From the NCBI GenBank assembly GCA_016919605.1, contig JACXTQ010000202.1:1-32386 (forward strand): 32,386 nt of DNA, given 5' to 3'. Positions 8,117 through 19,979 of the stretch are shown in pieces. Position 1 is the first letter of the stretch, and every line of letters starts with the position of its first letter. The stretch comes from Methylovulum sp. (GTDB taxonomy: Bacteria > Pseudomonadota > Gammaproteobacteria > Methylococcales > Methylomonadaceae). A model generated the notes under the pieces. It ran no database searches, was not told where the DNA came from, and saw only the letters and a program-made list of their open reading frames with translations. The position numbers were made by a program, and so were the translations under genes.

Positions 8117-9418
8117 TTAAAACCCTTTCGGCAAGCCGCCTAAATAGCCGCGCAGGAAGGCTTCTGATAATTTCAAATCTTCACCGCTTGCCGATACGGG
8201 CTTGTCTTTTAAATCTATCCGTTTGAAACGGGTGTGGCCTTGTTTGTTACGCGACACCACCAATAAGCGTTGTTCTTCATCACCCAAATCAATGCCGTCC
8301 AAAATCGCGGGGTTGTGGGTGGTGACAAACACCTGCTTATCGTATTTTTTCGCCAACCGTACCAATTCTTTAATCAGTTTGGTACACAGCTTGGGGTTAA
8401 GCGCGACATCAATATTATCAATTGCGAAAATTTTCGGAGTATCGTCCGACACCATCAGGGCAATATAAAACAGCACAAATAAAAAGCCTTCATTAGCACT
8501 GCGTTGGTCAAAATCGGTGCTTAAATAACGGTCGGTGATGGTGACTTTATCTTCGTGGGATGATAAGCCTTGCGGTATGTCGAGCCTGTCATACCAATCA
8601 AAAAGCTGTAAGGACGTGTGGATTTCTTCGCGCTGTTCGGGTGATTTGCTTTGGATGACTTTTAACAGTTTCAGCAAGCCTTCACCATTAATGCCTAATG
8701 GCTCAATTTGGCCTTCTTTTGTGAAGTTTCTTAGGGCGGTATTTTCAGGGGAATAGATTAGGAAGTTTTTTAGTTGGTCTTGTTTGCTTTCTGTGGAAAC
8801 ACTGTGTTCAAGATATTTTTTGGCATCATCTTCGTTTATATCCAATAATTTTGCAGTCTCAGCTAATATTTTTTTTTTTAAATCATCAAGTGAGTTTTGA
8901 CTACGTAACAGTAAGGATCTCAAAAAGAATTTATCTTTATCTTTATCTTTATCTTTATCCTCAATTTCAGCTTTTGAAACATCATCTTCAAGATTTTGAA
9001 TATCCTGTTCAAATTTTTGAAGTTCACTTGATAACATTGTTTTAATTTCCCAGTCAGAAATTAACTCAGATTCTTGCCATTCCCATTTGGAATAAGGCTG
9101 GTTATCATTTGCTAAAGTATATTTTTCTAATATATCTGGTTTTTGAAAATTTACATCAATTCGTATAGGTTTATTCGATTTTTCCTCTGCATCAGCAAAT
9201 GCCGACCGCATTAATTGCGGCTCAGTTACCCGTATCCCTCTGGATGCCAAAAACTCATTATCCAGTTTATCAGCCGCTGCCGCCCCCGCTAAAGCAATCG
9301 CTTCCAATACATTACTTTTCCCGCAACCGTTTTCGCCGATAAGCACATTAAAACGTCCGACTTCCAACGTCAGGTCAAACAGGGATTTGTAATTGTTGAT
9401 ATGCAGTTGACGGATCAT
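8117..9418 (-). CDS. ABC-type ATPase (AAA_15/AAA_21-like)
   Basis: I.NYKSL, Walker A GENGCGKS, helical insert, signature-position SANEG, Walker B FAIDNID, H-loop VTTHNP. Confidence 0.9.
   Translation of the reverse strand: MIRQLHINNYKSLFDLTLEVGRFNVLIGENGCGKSNVLEAIALAGAAAADKLDNEFLASRGIRVTEPQLMRSAFADAEEKSNKPIRIDVNFQKPDILEKYTLANDNQPYSKWEWQESELISDWEIKTMLSSELQKFEQDIQNLEDDVSKAEIEDKDKDKDKDKFFLRSLLLRSQNSLDDLKKKILAETAKLLDINEDDAKKYLEHSVSTESKQDQLKNFLIYSPENTALRNFTKEGQIEPLGINGEGLLKLLKVIQSKSPEQREEIHTSLQLFDWYDRLDIPQGLSSHEDKVTITDRYLSTDFDQRSANEGFLFVLFYIALMVSDDTPKIFAIDNIDVALNPKLCTKLIKELVRLAKKYDKQVFVTTHNPAILDGIDLGDEEQRLLVVSRNKQGHTRFKRIDLKDKPVSASGEDLKLSEAFLRGYLGGLPKGF
8869..8879 (-). repeat. A11 homopolymer inside the ATPase CDS
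   Basis: 11 consecutive T on the plus strand; the coding strand reads TTA AAA AAA AAA ATA (LKKKI). Confidence 0.9.
8930..8959 (-). repeat. Hexanucleotide tandem repeat (GATAAA)x5 encoding (DK)5
   Basis: Five perfect TTTATC units on the plus strand. Confidence 0.95.
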
Positions 9419-9613
9419 GTGCGGTAGGATTTTCCAGCTGAAAATTAAGGCTTAAATCATAGCATACCCGAAGTGGGTTTGTATAAACGCCTATTTTTGA
9501 TGTTAGCTTAGTGCCATGGGGATGGGGATGTTAATTCGGTGTGAAAAAGTTTTTTAACAAAATTTTTTGCAGAACTAACGCCCTATATTTTCACTGTAAA
9601 ATTAAAGAAGCAT

Positions 9614-9738
9614 CGTCATTCCGGCCGGGATTGCCGGAGCCGTTAGACCGCGTTAGCGAATCCAGATTACAGGGATGTGCACCCATACAGATAGCCTTCC
9701 ATGGCTCATGGATTCCGGCAATCCCTGCCGGAATGACG
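9614..9738. repeat. REP/MITE-like palindromic element (CGTCATTCCGGC...GCCGGAATGACG type)
   Basis: Terminal inverted repeats CGTCATTCCGGCCGGGATTGCCGGA / TCCGGCAATCCCTGCCGGAATGACG (one mismatch). Imperfect pairing extends to TTAA at about 9602 and 9750. Confidence 0.85.
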
Positions 9739-9780
9739 GCCTCTTCTTAAAAATGTTAAGAAATTTATGCACATCTACTT

Positions 9781-9847
9781 ATTGACCGTAAAGGACACGA
9801 AGTTTTACCGAAACACCTTGGTAAACTTCGTGCCTTTCGCGGTTAAT
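9781..9847. repeat. Second REP-like long hairpin (CACGAAG...CTTCGTG type)
   Basis: ATTGACCG-T-AAAGG-A-CACGAAGTTT-TACC ... GGTAAACTTCGTG-CCTTT-CG-CGGTTAAT; lies downstream of the ilvD stop. Confidence 0.7.
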
Positions 9848-9915
9848 GTCTTAAAATTACAGATGATTGAGTAGGATTTTTAGGATTATGGCAATGGGCT
9901 TTTACCCATCCCGTC

Positions 9916-11613
9916 CTAGTTATCCGTAACCGCCCCCAAAGAAGCCGAGTTAACCAGCTTGGCATACTTAGCCAAAACACCACGCGTATAACGGGGGGCG
10001 GGTTGTTGCCACTTGTCCATGCGCCGCGCCATTTCGTGTTCGTTGATGTGCAGGGTCAAGGCGTTGTTTTCGGCATCAATGGTGATGGTGTCGCCGTTTT
10101 CGATGATGGCTAAGGGGCCGCCGACGTAGGCTTCGGGGGTGATGTGGCCGACTACGAAACCGTGGGTGCCGCCGGAAAAACGTCCGTCAGTGATTAAGGC
10201 CACTTCTTTGCCTAAGCCTTTGCCCATGATGGCGGAGGTGGGGGAGAGCATTTCGCGCATCCCTGGGCCGCCTTTGGGGCCTTCGTAACGGATAACAATG
10301 ACATCGCCTTTGACAATATCGCCGTTCAGGATGCTTTGCAGGGCTTGTTCTTCGGCATCAAACACTTTTGCCGTACCCGTAAAGCACAGGCCTTCTTTAC
10401 CAGTGATTTTCGCCACCGCGCCTTCGGGGGCGAGGTTGCCATACAGTACCACCAAGTGGCTGTCTTTTTTGATCGGGTTGCTTAAGTCATGGATCATGTC
10501 TTGACCGTCGGGGTACGGGGCGACTTCGGCGAGGTTTTCCGCCAAGGTTTTGCCGGTGACGGTCAGGCAGTCGCCGTGCAACAGGCCGGCTTCCAGTAAG
10601 ACTTTCATCAACGGTTGGATACCGCCGATTTCAATCAGTTCGGCCATTTGGTAGCGGCCACTGGGTTTTAAGTCCGCCAACAAAGGCACGTGTTTGCCGA
10701 TACGGGTAAAATCGTCCAGAGTGATGTCCACTTTGGCGGCGTTGGCCATAGCTAAGATATGCAGCACGGCGTTGGTGGAGCCGCCGAGGGTGATGACCAC
10801 GGTGATGGCGTTTTCAAAGGCGGCTTTGGTCATGATGTCGCTGGGTTTGATGCCTTTTTTCAGTAATTCCAATACCGCCGCGCCCGCACGTTCGCAGTCT
10901 AGGCGTTTGTCGTTGGAAATGGCGGCTTGTGCCGAGCTGTTAGGTAGACTCATGCCTAGGGCTTCAATGGCGGAGGCCATGGTGTTGGCGGTATACATAC
11001 CGCCGCAAGAACCCGCGCCAGGGATGGCTTTGGCTTCGATTTGTGCCAGTTCGGCATCGTCGATTTTGTTGTTGGCCCGCGCGCCGACCGCTTCAAATAC
11101 GGACACGACATCGAGTTTTTTATCTTTGTGGCAACCGGGCATGATAGTGCCGCCGTAGACGAAAATCGCCGGACGGTTGAGGCGGGAAATGGCGATCATG
11201 CAACCGGGCATGTTTTTGTCGCAGCCACCGATGGCGACCACGCCGTCAAAACCTTGGCAACCGACTACGGTTTCTATGGAGTCGGCGATGACTTCGCGTG
11301 ACACCAGCGAGTATTTCATGCCTTCGGTACCCATTGAGATGCCGTCAGAGATGGTGATAGTGTTAAAAATAACGGCCTTGCCATTGGCGTTGTTGACCCC
11401 TGTCGCCGCATCATCGGCCAGTTTGTTGATGTGCATGTTGCAGGGTGTGACCATGCTCCAGGTGGAGGCAATGCCGATTTGTGGCTTTTTGAAATCATCG
11501 TTGCTAAAGCCGACCGCGTGCAGCATGGCGCGGCTAGGGGCGCGTTCCATGCCGTCCACGACTAAGGAGGAGAAGCTGCGGGTGTTGGGAGAGGTTTCGT
11601 CTGAGTGGGCCAT
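9916..11613 (-). CDS. ilvD: Dihydroxy-acid dehydratase
   Basis: [52 protein letters not shown] motifs; 565 aa. Confidence 0.98.
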   Translation of the reverse strand: MAHSDETSPNTRSFSSLVVDGMERAPSRAMLHAVGFSNDDFKKPQIGIASTWSMVTPCNMHINKLADDAATGVNNANGKAVIFNTITISDGISMGTEGMKYSLVSREVIADSIETVVGCQGFDGVVAIGGCDKNMPGCMIAISRLNRPAIFVYGGTIMPGCHKDKKLDVVSVFEAVGARANNKIDDAELAQIEAKAIPGAGSCGGMYTANTMASAIEALGMSLPNSSAQAAISNDKRLDCERAGAAVLELLKKGIKPSDIMTKAAFENAITVVITLGGSTNAVLHILAMANAAKVDITLDDFTRIGKHVPLLADLKPSGRYQMAELIEIGGIQPLMKVLLEAGLLHGDCLTVTGKTLAENLAEVAPYPDGQDMIHDLSNPIKKDSHLVVLYGNLAPEGAVAKITGKEGLCFTGTAKVFDAEEQALQSILNGDIVKGDVIVIRYEGPKGGPGMREMLSPTSAIMGKGLGKEVALITDGRFSGGTHGFVVGHITPEAYVGGPLAIIENGDTITIDAENNALTLHINEHEMARRMDKWQQPAPRYTRGVLAKYAKLVNSASLGAVTDN

Positions 11614-11773
11614 GTAACAATTCCTTTAGGTAGTAGTAAGTGGAATGGGTAAATAAGGGTTTTTGATGCCGTTAAGCGGTTGCGGCTTTGGGATAGGGGG
11701 CGTAGGTAGGGGAAGCGTCAAGGGCCGGTAGGTTTTGGGCCTTACATGATGGTTTTGCCGCTTAGTTTAAATG

Positions 11774-12442
11774 TTAGTACATATCCCAGCTACGTTTGCG
11801 CCGCCAGCCCAGTTTAGGCAAGACAAAGCCTAAGATAACGCTGAAAAAGACTAAGATACCGCCGTATAAAAACCAATCTTGTTCGCTGGTGTTTTTTAGG
11901 CTGGCATTTTCGCGCTCTAATTGTTCGAGTTTGCGCTCGGCATTGACCACGCGCTCTTGCAGTTCGTCACGCTCATTTTTTAATTGGACAACACCTGCCG
12001 CCGATTGTTTTAGCTCGCCCAGTTCCAGTTTTAATTTGTCGCGTTCTAAGGCCAAGGATTTTTCCAGCGACGTGCCGGGGGTGATGGCTTCTTTGGCGAT
12101 TCTCAGCTCGGCTTTTAAGGACAGGTTTTCCGACTGTAAGGATTTGAGGGTTCTTTGGTTGGTTTCTATCTGATCGCGGGCGGGTGGCTCTTTTTGGGTG
12201 TGGCGGGTTTGGATGAAACCCTCGGTGCCATCTTCCATGCGCACGGGGGTAAAGCCGGATTTGGTTTTGGCCCCCGTTACGGTGAGCGGCGTGCCTGTCG
12301 GCAGCAGTTTAATGACTTTCGCGTCATTATCCGGTGCGCTCTTGATCGATAAATTGAGATTGTCTGTGACATACACGGTTTCGGCTTGCGCCAGTCCTGA
12401 GGCAAGCACAATGGTAACAAGCGCAAAGAGTCTTTTGTTCAC
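11774..12442 (-). CDS. TIGR04211-family SH3 domain protein (YgiM/HtrG-like)
   Basis: Signal peptide, ETVYVTD.L SH3b domain, coiled coil, C-terminal WFLYGG TM helix and a basic tail ending SW. Confidence 0.9.
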   Translation of the reverse strand: MNKRLFALVTIVLASGLAQAETVYVTDNLNLSIKSAPDNDAKVIKLLPTGTPLTVTGAKTKSGFTPVRMEDGTEGFIQTRHTQKEPPARDQIETNQRTLKSLQSENLSLKAELRIAKEAITPGTSLEKSLALERDKLKLELGELKQSAAGVVQLKNERDELQERVVNAERKLEQLERENASLKNTSEQDWFLYGGILVFFSVILGFVLPKLGWRRKRSWDMY

Positions 12443-12485
12443 GGAAAATCCCTACAGTTAGCCGTCTAATAGACGGATTTTAACG

Positions 12486-13388
12486 TCATTTGCCACAGAG
12501 AAGAAATTCTAGTAACGCTTTTTGGGCATGTAAGCGGTTTTCGGCTTCTTGAAAAACTACGCTTTGTGGGCCGTCAATCACGTCAGCGCTGACTTCTTCG
12601 CCACGATGGGCGGGCAAACAGTGCATGAACAACGCATCAGGATGTGCCGCCGCCATGACTTTTGCATCCACTTGATAGTTTTTAAAGGCTATTTCGCGTT
12701 GTTTTTGCTCTTCTTCTTGCCCCATGCTCGCCCAGACATCAGTCACCACCAAATCGGCATTTTGGGCAGCGGCGACGGTATCTGGAAAGAATTCCACCCG
12801 CGCACCTGCGGCGGCGACAATGTCAGCGGCGGGTTCGTAACCGACCGGACAGGCAATGTGCAGGGTAAAGTCTAAAATCATGGCCGCGTGGATGTACGAG
12901 TGGCACATATTGTTGCCATCACCGATCCAGGCCACGGTTTTGCCTTGGATGTCGCCGCGCAATTCAAAAAAAGTATGGATGTCGGCCAGTAATTGGCAAG
13001 GGTGTTGCTGGTCAGTCAAGCCGTTAATTACCGGAACGCGGGAATGCTCGGCAAACGTGGTCACGGTTTGGTGTTTGTCGGTGCGCAGCATGATGCAATC
13101 GACCATGCTGGAGATGACTTTAGCACTGTCGCGCAACGGTTCGCCGCGACCTAATTGGGTGTCACGCGGCGACAAAAACAGGGCGCTACCGCCAAAATGG
13201 CTCATCCCCGCTTCAAAGGAAATACGGGTGCGGGTCGATGATTTTTCAAAGATCATCGCCATGACCTGCCCTTTTAAGGGTTGATAATCAACGTCGCGGT
13301 GGTTTTTCAGGGCGATGGCGCGGTGGATGAGGGCGCGTAATTCGTCACTGGAAACATCGAGCAGGCTGATAAAGTGTCTGGGATTCAT
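12486..13388 (-). CDS. argF: Ornithine carbamoyltransferase
   Basis: [29 protein letters not shown] motifs. Confidence 0.98.
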   Translation of the reverse strand: MNPRHFISLLDVSSDELRALIHRAIALKNHRDVDYQPLKGQVMAMIFEKSSTRTRISFEAGMSHFGGSALFLSPRDTQLGRGEPLRDSAKVISSMVDCIMLRTDKHQTVTTFAEHSRVPVINGLTDQQHPCQLLADIHTFFELRGDIQGKTVAWIGDGNNMCHSYIHAAMILDFTLHIACPVGYEPAADIVAAAGARVEFFPDTVAAAQNADLVVTDVWASMGQEEEQKQREIAFKNYQVDAKVMAAAHPDALFMHCLPAHRGEEVSADVIDGPQSVVFQEAENRLHAQKALLEFLLCGK

Positions 13389-13398
13389 GAAGGACTAC

Positions 13399-14577
13399 CT
13401 ACAACTGTGCGGTAAACGCTAAGATAAGTGGTGATAAAGTGTCAATAAGCAACTGGATTTGCGCCTCGTCCATAATCAGCGGCGGCAACAGGCGGATGGT
13501 GCGCTCGTTAGTGACGTTGATCAGCAGGCCCGCTTGTAGGGCTTGCCCGACCAATTCCGCGCACGGGCTGTCTAGCTCTATGCCGATCATCATGCCTTTA
13601 TGGCGAATATCAACGATATGGGGTTGGCCTTGCAGGCGTGCGCTGAAGCCTTGGTGGATGGCTTGGCCTTTGCGGGCGGCGGCTTCGATCAAATTATCGG
13701 CATCCAGTGTCGCCAACACCGCCAACGCGGCGCTACAGGCCAAAGGATTGCCGCCAAAAGTCGAGCCGTGGCTGCCAGCGGTCAGTACCTGTGCGGCTTT
13801 GCCCCGTGCTAGACAAGCGCCTATTGGTACGCCGTTGCCCAAGGCTTTGGCCAAGGTACAGACATCCGGCAAGATGGCGTTATGTTGGTAAGCCAAAAAT
13901 TGTCCGGTACGGCCTATGCCGGTCTGGATTTCATCCAGCATGAGCAACAGGTGGTGTTCATCGCACAATGCCCGTAATTGGTTAAGGTAGTCGGCGGCTG
14001 GAATATTTACGCCCCCTTCACCTTGGATAGGTTCTACCAAAATGGCGACAACATTATCGTTTTGGCTAATCGCCTGTTGCACCGCGCCGACATCGTTGTA
14101 AGGCACACGGATAAAGCCTTCGACCAGCGGCGCAAAACCCTGTTGGATTTTGGTGTTGCCAGTCGCGCTTAAGGTCGCCAGCGTCCGTCCGTGGAAACTT
14201 TTTTCCATGACAATAATCATAGGCTTGTCAATTCCTAAGCCATGACCATATTTACGTGCCAGTTTGATCGCCGCCTCATTGGCTTCCGCCCCTGAGTTAC
14301 TGAAAAACACATTGTCCATGCCGCTTTTTTCAATCAGCCTATCCGCCAATTGTTCTTGCACGGCAATACCGTAGATATTGGAGGTATGCAGCAATTTTTG
14401 GCTTTGCTCGCATAAGGCTTTATGGACGGCAGGATGCGCATGGCCTAAGCTGCACACGGCGATGCCGGAGAGTGCATCCAGGTAGCGCTGGTTATGGTTA
14501 TCCCATAACCAAGCACCTTCTCCGCGCTCGAAAGCGACCGCTAAACGTCCGTAAGTTGGCATAATGTGGCTGGTCAT
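13399..14577 (-). CDS. argD: Acetylornithine aminotransferase (class III PLP)
   Basis: NSGAEANEAA, FHGRT, EPIQGEGG, DEIQTG.GRTG, AKALGNG, HGSTFGGNP; adjacent to argF. Confidence 0.95.
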   Translation of the reverse strand: MTSHIMPTYGRLAVAFERGEGAWLWDNHNQRYLDALSGIAVCSLGHAHPAVHKALCEQSQKLLHTSNIYGIAVQEQLADRLIEKSGMDNVFFSNSGAEANEAAIKLARKYGHGLGIDKPMIIVMEKSFHGRTLATLSATGNTKIQQGFAPLVEGFIRVPYNDVGAVQQAISQNDNVVAILVEPIQGEGGVNIPAADYLNQLRALCDEHHLLLMLDEIQTGIGRTGQFLAYQHNAILPDVCTLAKALGNGVPIGACLARGKAAQVLTAGSHGSTFGGNPLACSAALAVLATLDADNLIEAAARKGQAIHQGFSARLQGQPHIVDIRHKGMMIGIELDSPCAELVGQALQAGLLINVTNERTIRLLPPLIMDEAQIQLLIDTLSPLILAFTAQL

Positions 14578-14753
14578 AAGGTTTGCCTATCCAGAAAACA
14601 AGGGTTGTGTTACCCGATAAAAAAATGGTCGATTATAAGTTTCAATTTACCCCTAAGCAAGAGCTGCTGTTAATATTTGCTTTTTTAAGTGGCGCAATCT
14701 TGATAAAATCGCTAGGTATTTGTATTTATTTAACCTAATGAGTGATGTTTACT

Positions 14754-15077
14754 ATGAACGTGATAGAAAGAATTAAGGATCAGCTTGAGAATAATCCGGT
14801 CGTGTTGTACATGAAAGGCACTCCCGATTTCCCTCAATGCGGTTTTTCCGGGCAAACCGTGCATGTGCTGGATTTGTGCCGGGCGAAATACATGTACGTC
14901 AATATTTTTGAAGACCCCGAATTGCGTGAAGCCTTGAAAGACTATTCAAGCTGGCCAACTTATCCGCAATTGTATGTCAATGGCGAATTGGTCGGCGGTT
15001 GCGACATCGTGGTCGATTTGTATAAAAAAGGCGAATTGGCACCTATGTTGGCGGCGGTTGGCGGCACTGCCGAATAA
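14754..15077 (+). CDS. grxD: Monothiol glutaredoxin Grx4
   Basis: MKGTP.FPQCGFS, WPTYPQLY, GGCDI; ATG at 14754. Confidence 0.96.
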   Translation: MNVIERIKDQLENNPVVLYMKGTPDFPQCGFSGQTVHVLDLCRAKYMYVNIFEDPELREALKDYSSWPTYPQLYVNGELVGGCDIVVDLYKKGELAPMLAAVGGTAE

Positions 15078-15097
15078 GCTTGCACTTGTTACCCCTT

Positions 15098-15137
15098 AAA
15101 AGCCTGACAAAGCGGCACGCTTTGTCAGGCTTTTTTT
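15098..15137 (+). terminator. Rho-independent terminator after grxD
   Basis: AAAAGCCTGACAAAGCG-GCA-CGCTTTGTCAGGC-TTTTTTT, a perfect long stem with a U-tract. Confidence 0.92.
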
Positions 15138-15305
15138 AAGCTAACGGTTGCTGTCAACACTCTGCCGTAACAGCCTGAAAATAAATCCGGTTAACGGGAC
15201 ATACTCGATTAAGATACTATTGGGTTATAATGCCCTGCTAACCTAGGCCTTTCATAGCCAATACTATGAAATACATCAAAACCTTATACTTATAGCAATC
15301 AATAA

Positions 15306-16316
15306 ATGGCAGCGAACGCACACTCCCCTTCGAATGTATCGACCCCTATAGACTTTGATTCCATCAAAAACTTAACGGATACCGAAGCCAAAGCCGTTGA
15401 CCAGCTCATTATTAATGAACTAAGCTCCGATGTGGTGCTAATCAATCAAATGGGGCATTACATTGTCGGCAATGGCGGCAAGCGTTTGCGTCCCATGTTG
15501 TTGTTATTAGCCGCCAAAGCGCTGGGTGGAGTAAGTGACAATCATCTCATCCTTGCCGCTGTGATTGAGTTTATCCATACCGCCACCTTGCTGCATGATG
15601 ATGTTGTGGACGAATCTGATTTAAGGCGCGGCAAAGAATCCGCCAATGCCGTATGGGGTAACGCCGCCAGCGTTTTGGTCGGGGATTATCTGTATTCAAG
15701 TGCGTTTGAAATGATGGTGCGCACTGGCAATTTGCGGGTGATGGAAATCCTGTCAAAAACCACCACTGCGATTGCCGAAGGCGAAGTGCTGCAATTGCTC
15801 AATTGCAACAACCCTGAAACTACCGAAGCCAAATATCTGGAAGTGATAGCCCGCAAAACCGCTATTCTGTTCAGTGCTGCCACTCGCTTAGGGGCGCTAA
15901 TTGCCGGAGCCGATACCGATGTTGAGGAAAATTTGGCACGCTACGGTCAGCATTTGGGGATTGCCTTCCAATTGATTGATGATGCGCTGGATTACAAAGC
16001 CAACCAGGACGATTTGGGCAAAAATCTCGGCGATGATTTGGCGGAGGGCAAACCAACTTTGCCCTTGATTTACGCCATCCAAAACGGTACGGCCAGCGAA
16101 GCCGAGATTATTATCGACGCGATCAAAAACGGCGACCGCGAGGCCTTTAATGCCGTTTACGCCATTGTCCAACGCACCCAAGCGATTGCCTACACCGAAC
16201 AACGTGCCGATGAAGAAGCCCAAAAAGCTATCGATGCCTTAGGTTGTTTGCCAGATTCTGATTATAAGCAAGCGTTGACCTTATTGGCGAAGTTTTCTGT
16301 ACAGCGCAATTATTGA
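15306..16316 (+). CDS. ispB: Octaprenyl diphosphate synthase
   Basis: GGKRLRP, first DDxxD (LLHDDVVD...RRG), second FQLIDD, DDLAEGKPTLP. Confidence 0.96.
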   Translation: MAANAHSPSNVSTPIDFDSIKNLTDTEAKAVDQLIINELSSDVVLINQMGHYIVGNGGKRLRPMLLLLAAKALGGVSDNHLILAAVIEFIHTATLLHDDVVDESDLRRGKESANAVWGNAASVLVGDYLYSSAFEMMVRTGNLRVMEILSKTTTAIAEGEVLQLLNCNNPETTEAKYLEVIARKTAILFSAATRLGALIAGADTDVEENLARYGQHLGIAFQLIDDALDYKANQDDLGKNLGDDLAEGKPTLPLIYAIQNGTASEAEIIIDAIKNGDREAFNAVYAIVQRTQAIAYTEQRADEEAQKAIDALGCLPDSDYKQALTLLAKFSVQRNY

Positions 16317-16442
16317 TAATCGCCGTTGGTGGTAAAAGACTAAGAGCTTGTCGTGCTTAAGCTTTTCGGTGGTGATGTGCGCCCTTTTGGTGGCGCAACA
16401 TCGGAGGTTTTAGTTTTATGGCGTTAGGTATGCCGCTGGCGG

Positions 16443-16745
16443 TTATTGGTCGCTATCGCGCGGTACTAAGTCAATATCATTAATCTTGTCTTGGCCTATC
16501 GTCTTGCTATACATGTAGTAGCCTGGGGCGTTGACGATCATTGCTTCGCTGGTATCAGAAATTTCCAAGCTATACGCACCCATGGCATTGGTGGAAGTGC
16601 TTTCCTTGCCAACGCTCACCGTTGCCGAAGACAGCGGGTTGCCTGTGGGTTTATCCCGAACAACGCCTTTAATCTCAATGCTGGAGCAGCCCGCGATTAA
16701 AACAAGCAAGGCTGCTGTGGCAATGGATGTCAGTTTTTTATTCAT
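16443..16745 (-). CDS. Small lipoprotein with carboxypeptidase-regulatory-like (transthyretin-like) domain
   Basis: Lipobox LIAG-C, then GVVRD..TG.PL..ATV...T.TNA.G.Y.L...APGY. Confidence 0.85.
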   Translation of the reverse strand: MNKKLTSIATAALLVLIAGCSSIEIKGVVRDKPTGNPLSSATVSVGKESTSTNAMGAYSLEISDTSEAMIVNAPGYYMYSKTIGQDKINDIDLVPRDSDQ

Positions 16746-17113
16746 ATTTTTTATTCCTTTGGAGGGGCATTAGGGTTATAAGGATGTGCCTAACCAACTG
16801 AAACCAGTCTGCTATGCCTGAAAGCTCCGTTAGTTATGGCATGTATTTTAACTGCTTAATCAGGATAGAGAAAATTTATCATGGATGGTGCTGTTTTTAA
16901 AATCAGAACCCCAGCCATTTTATGAAATAATGTATAATTGTTGGCCAATATTGCGTTAACGTAATTTTAGCCCGTTGTCAGCCACCGCTGATTGCACCAC
17001 CCAAGTTGCCAAAGGCTTATGCCGACTATTTACGGGTATGGGCTTGACCAGGAAAGTCTTGTGGTTTTACCGACAAGATCAAAGTAACATCGACAGTAAA
17101 GCCACTATCAACC

Positions 17114-17896
17114 ATGATTCAATTTCTACAGAATTTGGGTAAAACTACCCGTGCTTCGTTTACCAAATTGGGGCGGGCCACCTTCTTTTTGCTGCAAGTT
17201 TTAGCGGGTATTTTCAGCGTTTTGCTCAGGCCGCGCTTATTGCTTAACCAATTGTATTCTGTAGGGGTGTTGTCATTTTTAATCATCACCATCTCCGGTT
17301 TGTTTGTGGGCATGGTGTTGGGTTTACAGGGTTACTATATCCTCTCCGATTTTGGCGCGGAAGCGACGTTGGGTGTGATGGTTGCCGCGTCTTTGGTCCG
17401 CGAATTAGGGCCGGTGGTGTCGGCACTGCTGTTTGCAGGCCGTGCAGGTTCGGCTCTGACCGCCGAAATTGGTCTAATGAAAGCCACCGAACAGTTATCA
17501 GGTATGGAAATGATGGCGGTTGACCCGATCCGGCGTATCATTTCGCCACGCTTCTTGGCGGGCTGCTTGTCCATGCCTTTGCTGACGGCGTTGTTCAGTG
17601 CGGTTGGGATTGTCGGCGGACATTTGACCGGTTGCGGCCTGTTGGGGGTCGATGAAGGCGCCTACTGGTCGCAAATGCAGGCCAGTATTGACTTTCGCGA
17701 TGACATCATTAATGGGGTCATCAAAAGCTTTGTCTTTGGCTGGGCGACTACTTGGATTGCTCTATTTGAGGGTTACGATGCCATCCCCACCTCGGAAGGG
17801 GTCAGCCGTGCAACCACCCGTACCGTGGTCAATTCCGCATTTAGTATTTTAGGCCTTGATTTTATTCTTACCGCTCTCATGTTTGGAGACAATTAA
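17114..17896 (+). CDS. mlaE: Lipid-asymmetry ABC transporter permease
   Basis: [52 protein letters not shown]. Confidence 0.97.
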   Translation: MIQFLQNLGKTTRASFTKLGRATFFLLQVLAGIFSVLLRPRLLLNQLYSVGVLSFLIITISGLFVGMVLGLQGYYILSDFGAEATLGVMVAASLVRELGPVVSALLFAGRAGSALTAEIGLMKATEQLSGMEMMAVDPIRRIISPRFLAGCLSMPLLTALFSAVGIVGGHLTGCGLLGVDEGAYWSQMQASIDFRDDIINGVIKSFVFGWATTWIALFEGYDAIPTSEGVSRATTRTVVNSAFSILGLDFILTALMFGDN

Positions 17897-17897
17897 C

Positions 17898-18361
17898 ATG
17901 CAGCACACCAGTACTCAGGACACGCTTGTCGGGCTTTTTGTCGCGGCAGGGATTGCCGGACTGTTTTTTTTGAGTTTTCAAGCCAGTAATTTAAGCTCAT
18001 TTACCCAAAAAGACACCTATACCGTAACCGCTCGCTTTGACAATTCCGGCGGCTTAAAAATCAAGTCACCCGTATCGGCGGCGGGCGTTAAGATAGGTCA
18101 AGTCAGCAATATCAGCTTTGACCCGAAAACCTACCAATCGGTGGTGGTCATGCAAATTGAAGCACAATACAACACCTTGCCCGATGACACCACAGCCAGT
18201 GTATTTACGGCAGGGTTGTTGGGCGAGCAATATGTCAGTTTGGAGCCAGGCGGGTCGGAGACATTTTTAAAAGACCACAGCGCTATTGATATTACCCAAC
18301 CCGCCATTATTTTAGAAAAAGCGATTGGGCAATTTTTATTTAAAGCGGCGGAAGAGAAAAA

Positions 18362-18365
<4 letters not shown>
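17898..18365 (+). CDS. mlaD: MCE-domain protein MlaD
   Basis: ATG 17898 with GGAG RBS; N-terminal TM, FDNSGGLK, GV.IG.V, TAGLLGEQY. Confidence 0.96.
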
Positions 18366-19968
<1,603 letters not shown>

Positions 19969-19979
19969 AAGGTTGCCCC

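Noticed and set aside
9541-9750. 69-aa ORF
   Set aside because: Its sequence (SFRPGLPEP...WIPAIPAGMT) is just a translation of the palindromic repeat element.
16881-16918. Imperfect inverted repeat between the lipoprotein gene and mlaE
   Set aside because: Several mismatches, a single occurrence and no recognisable operator consensus.
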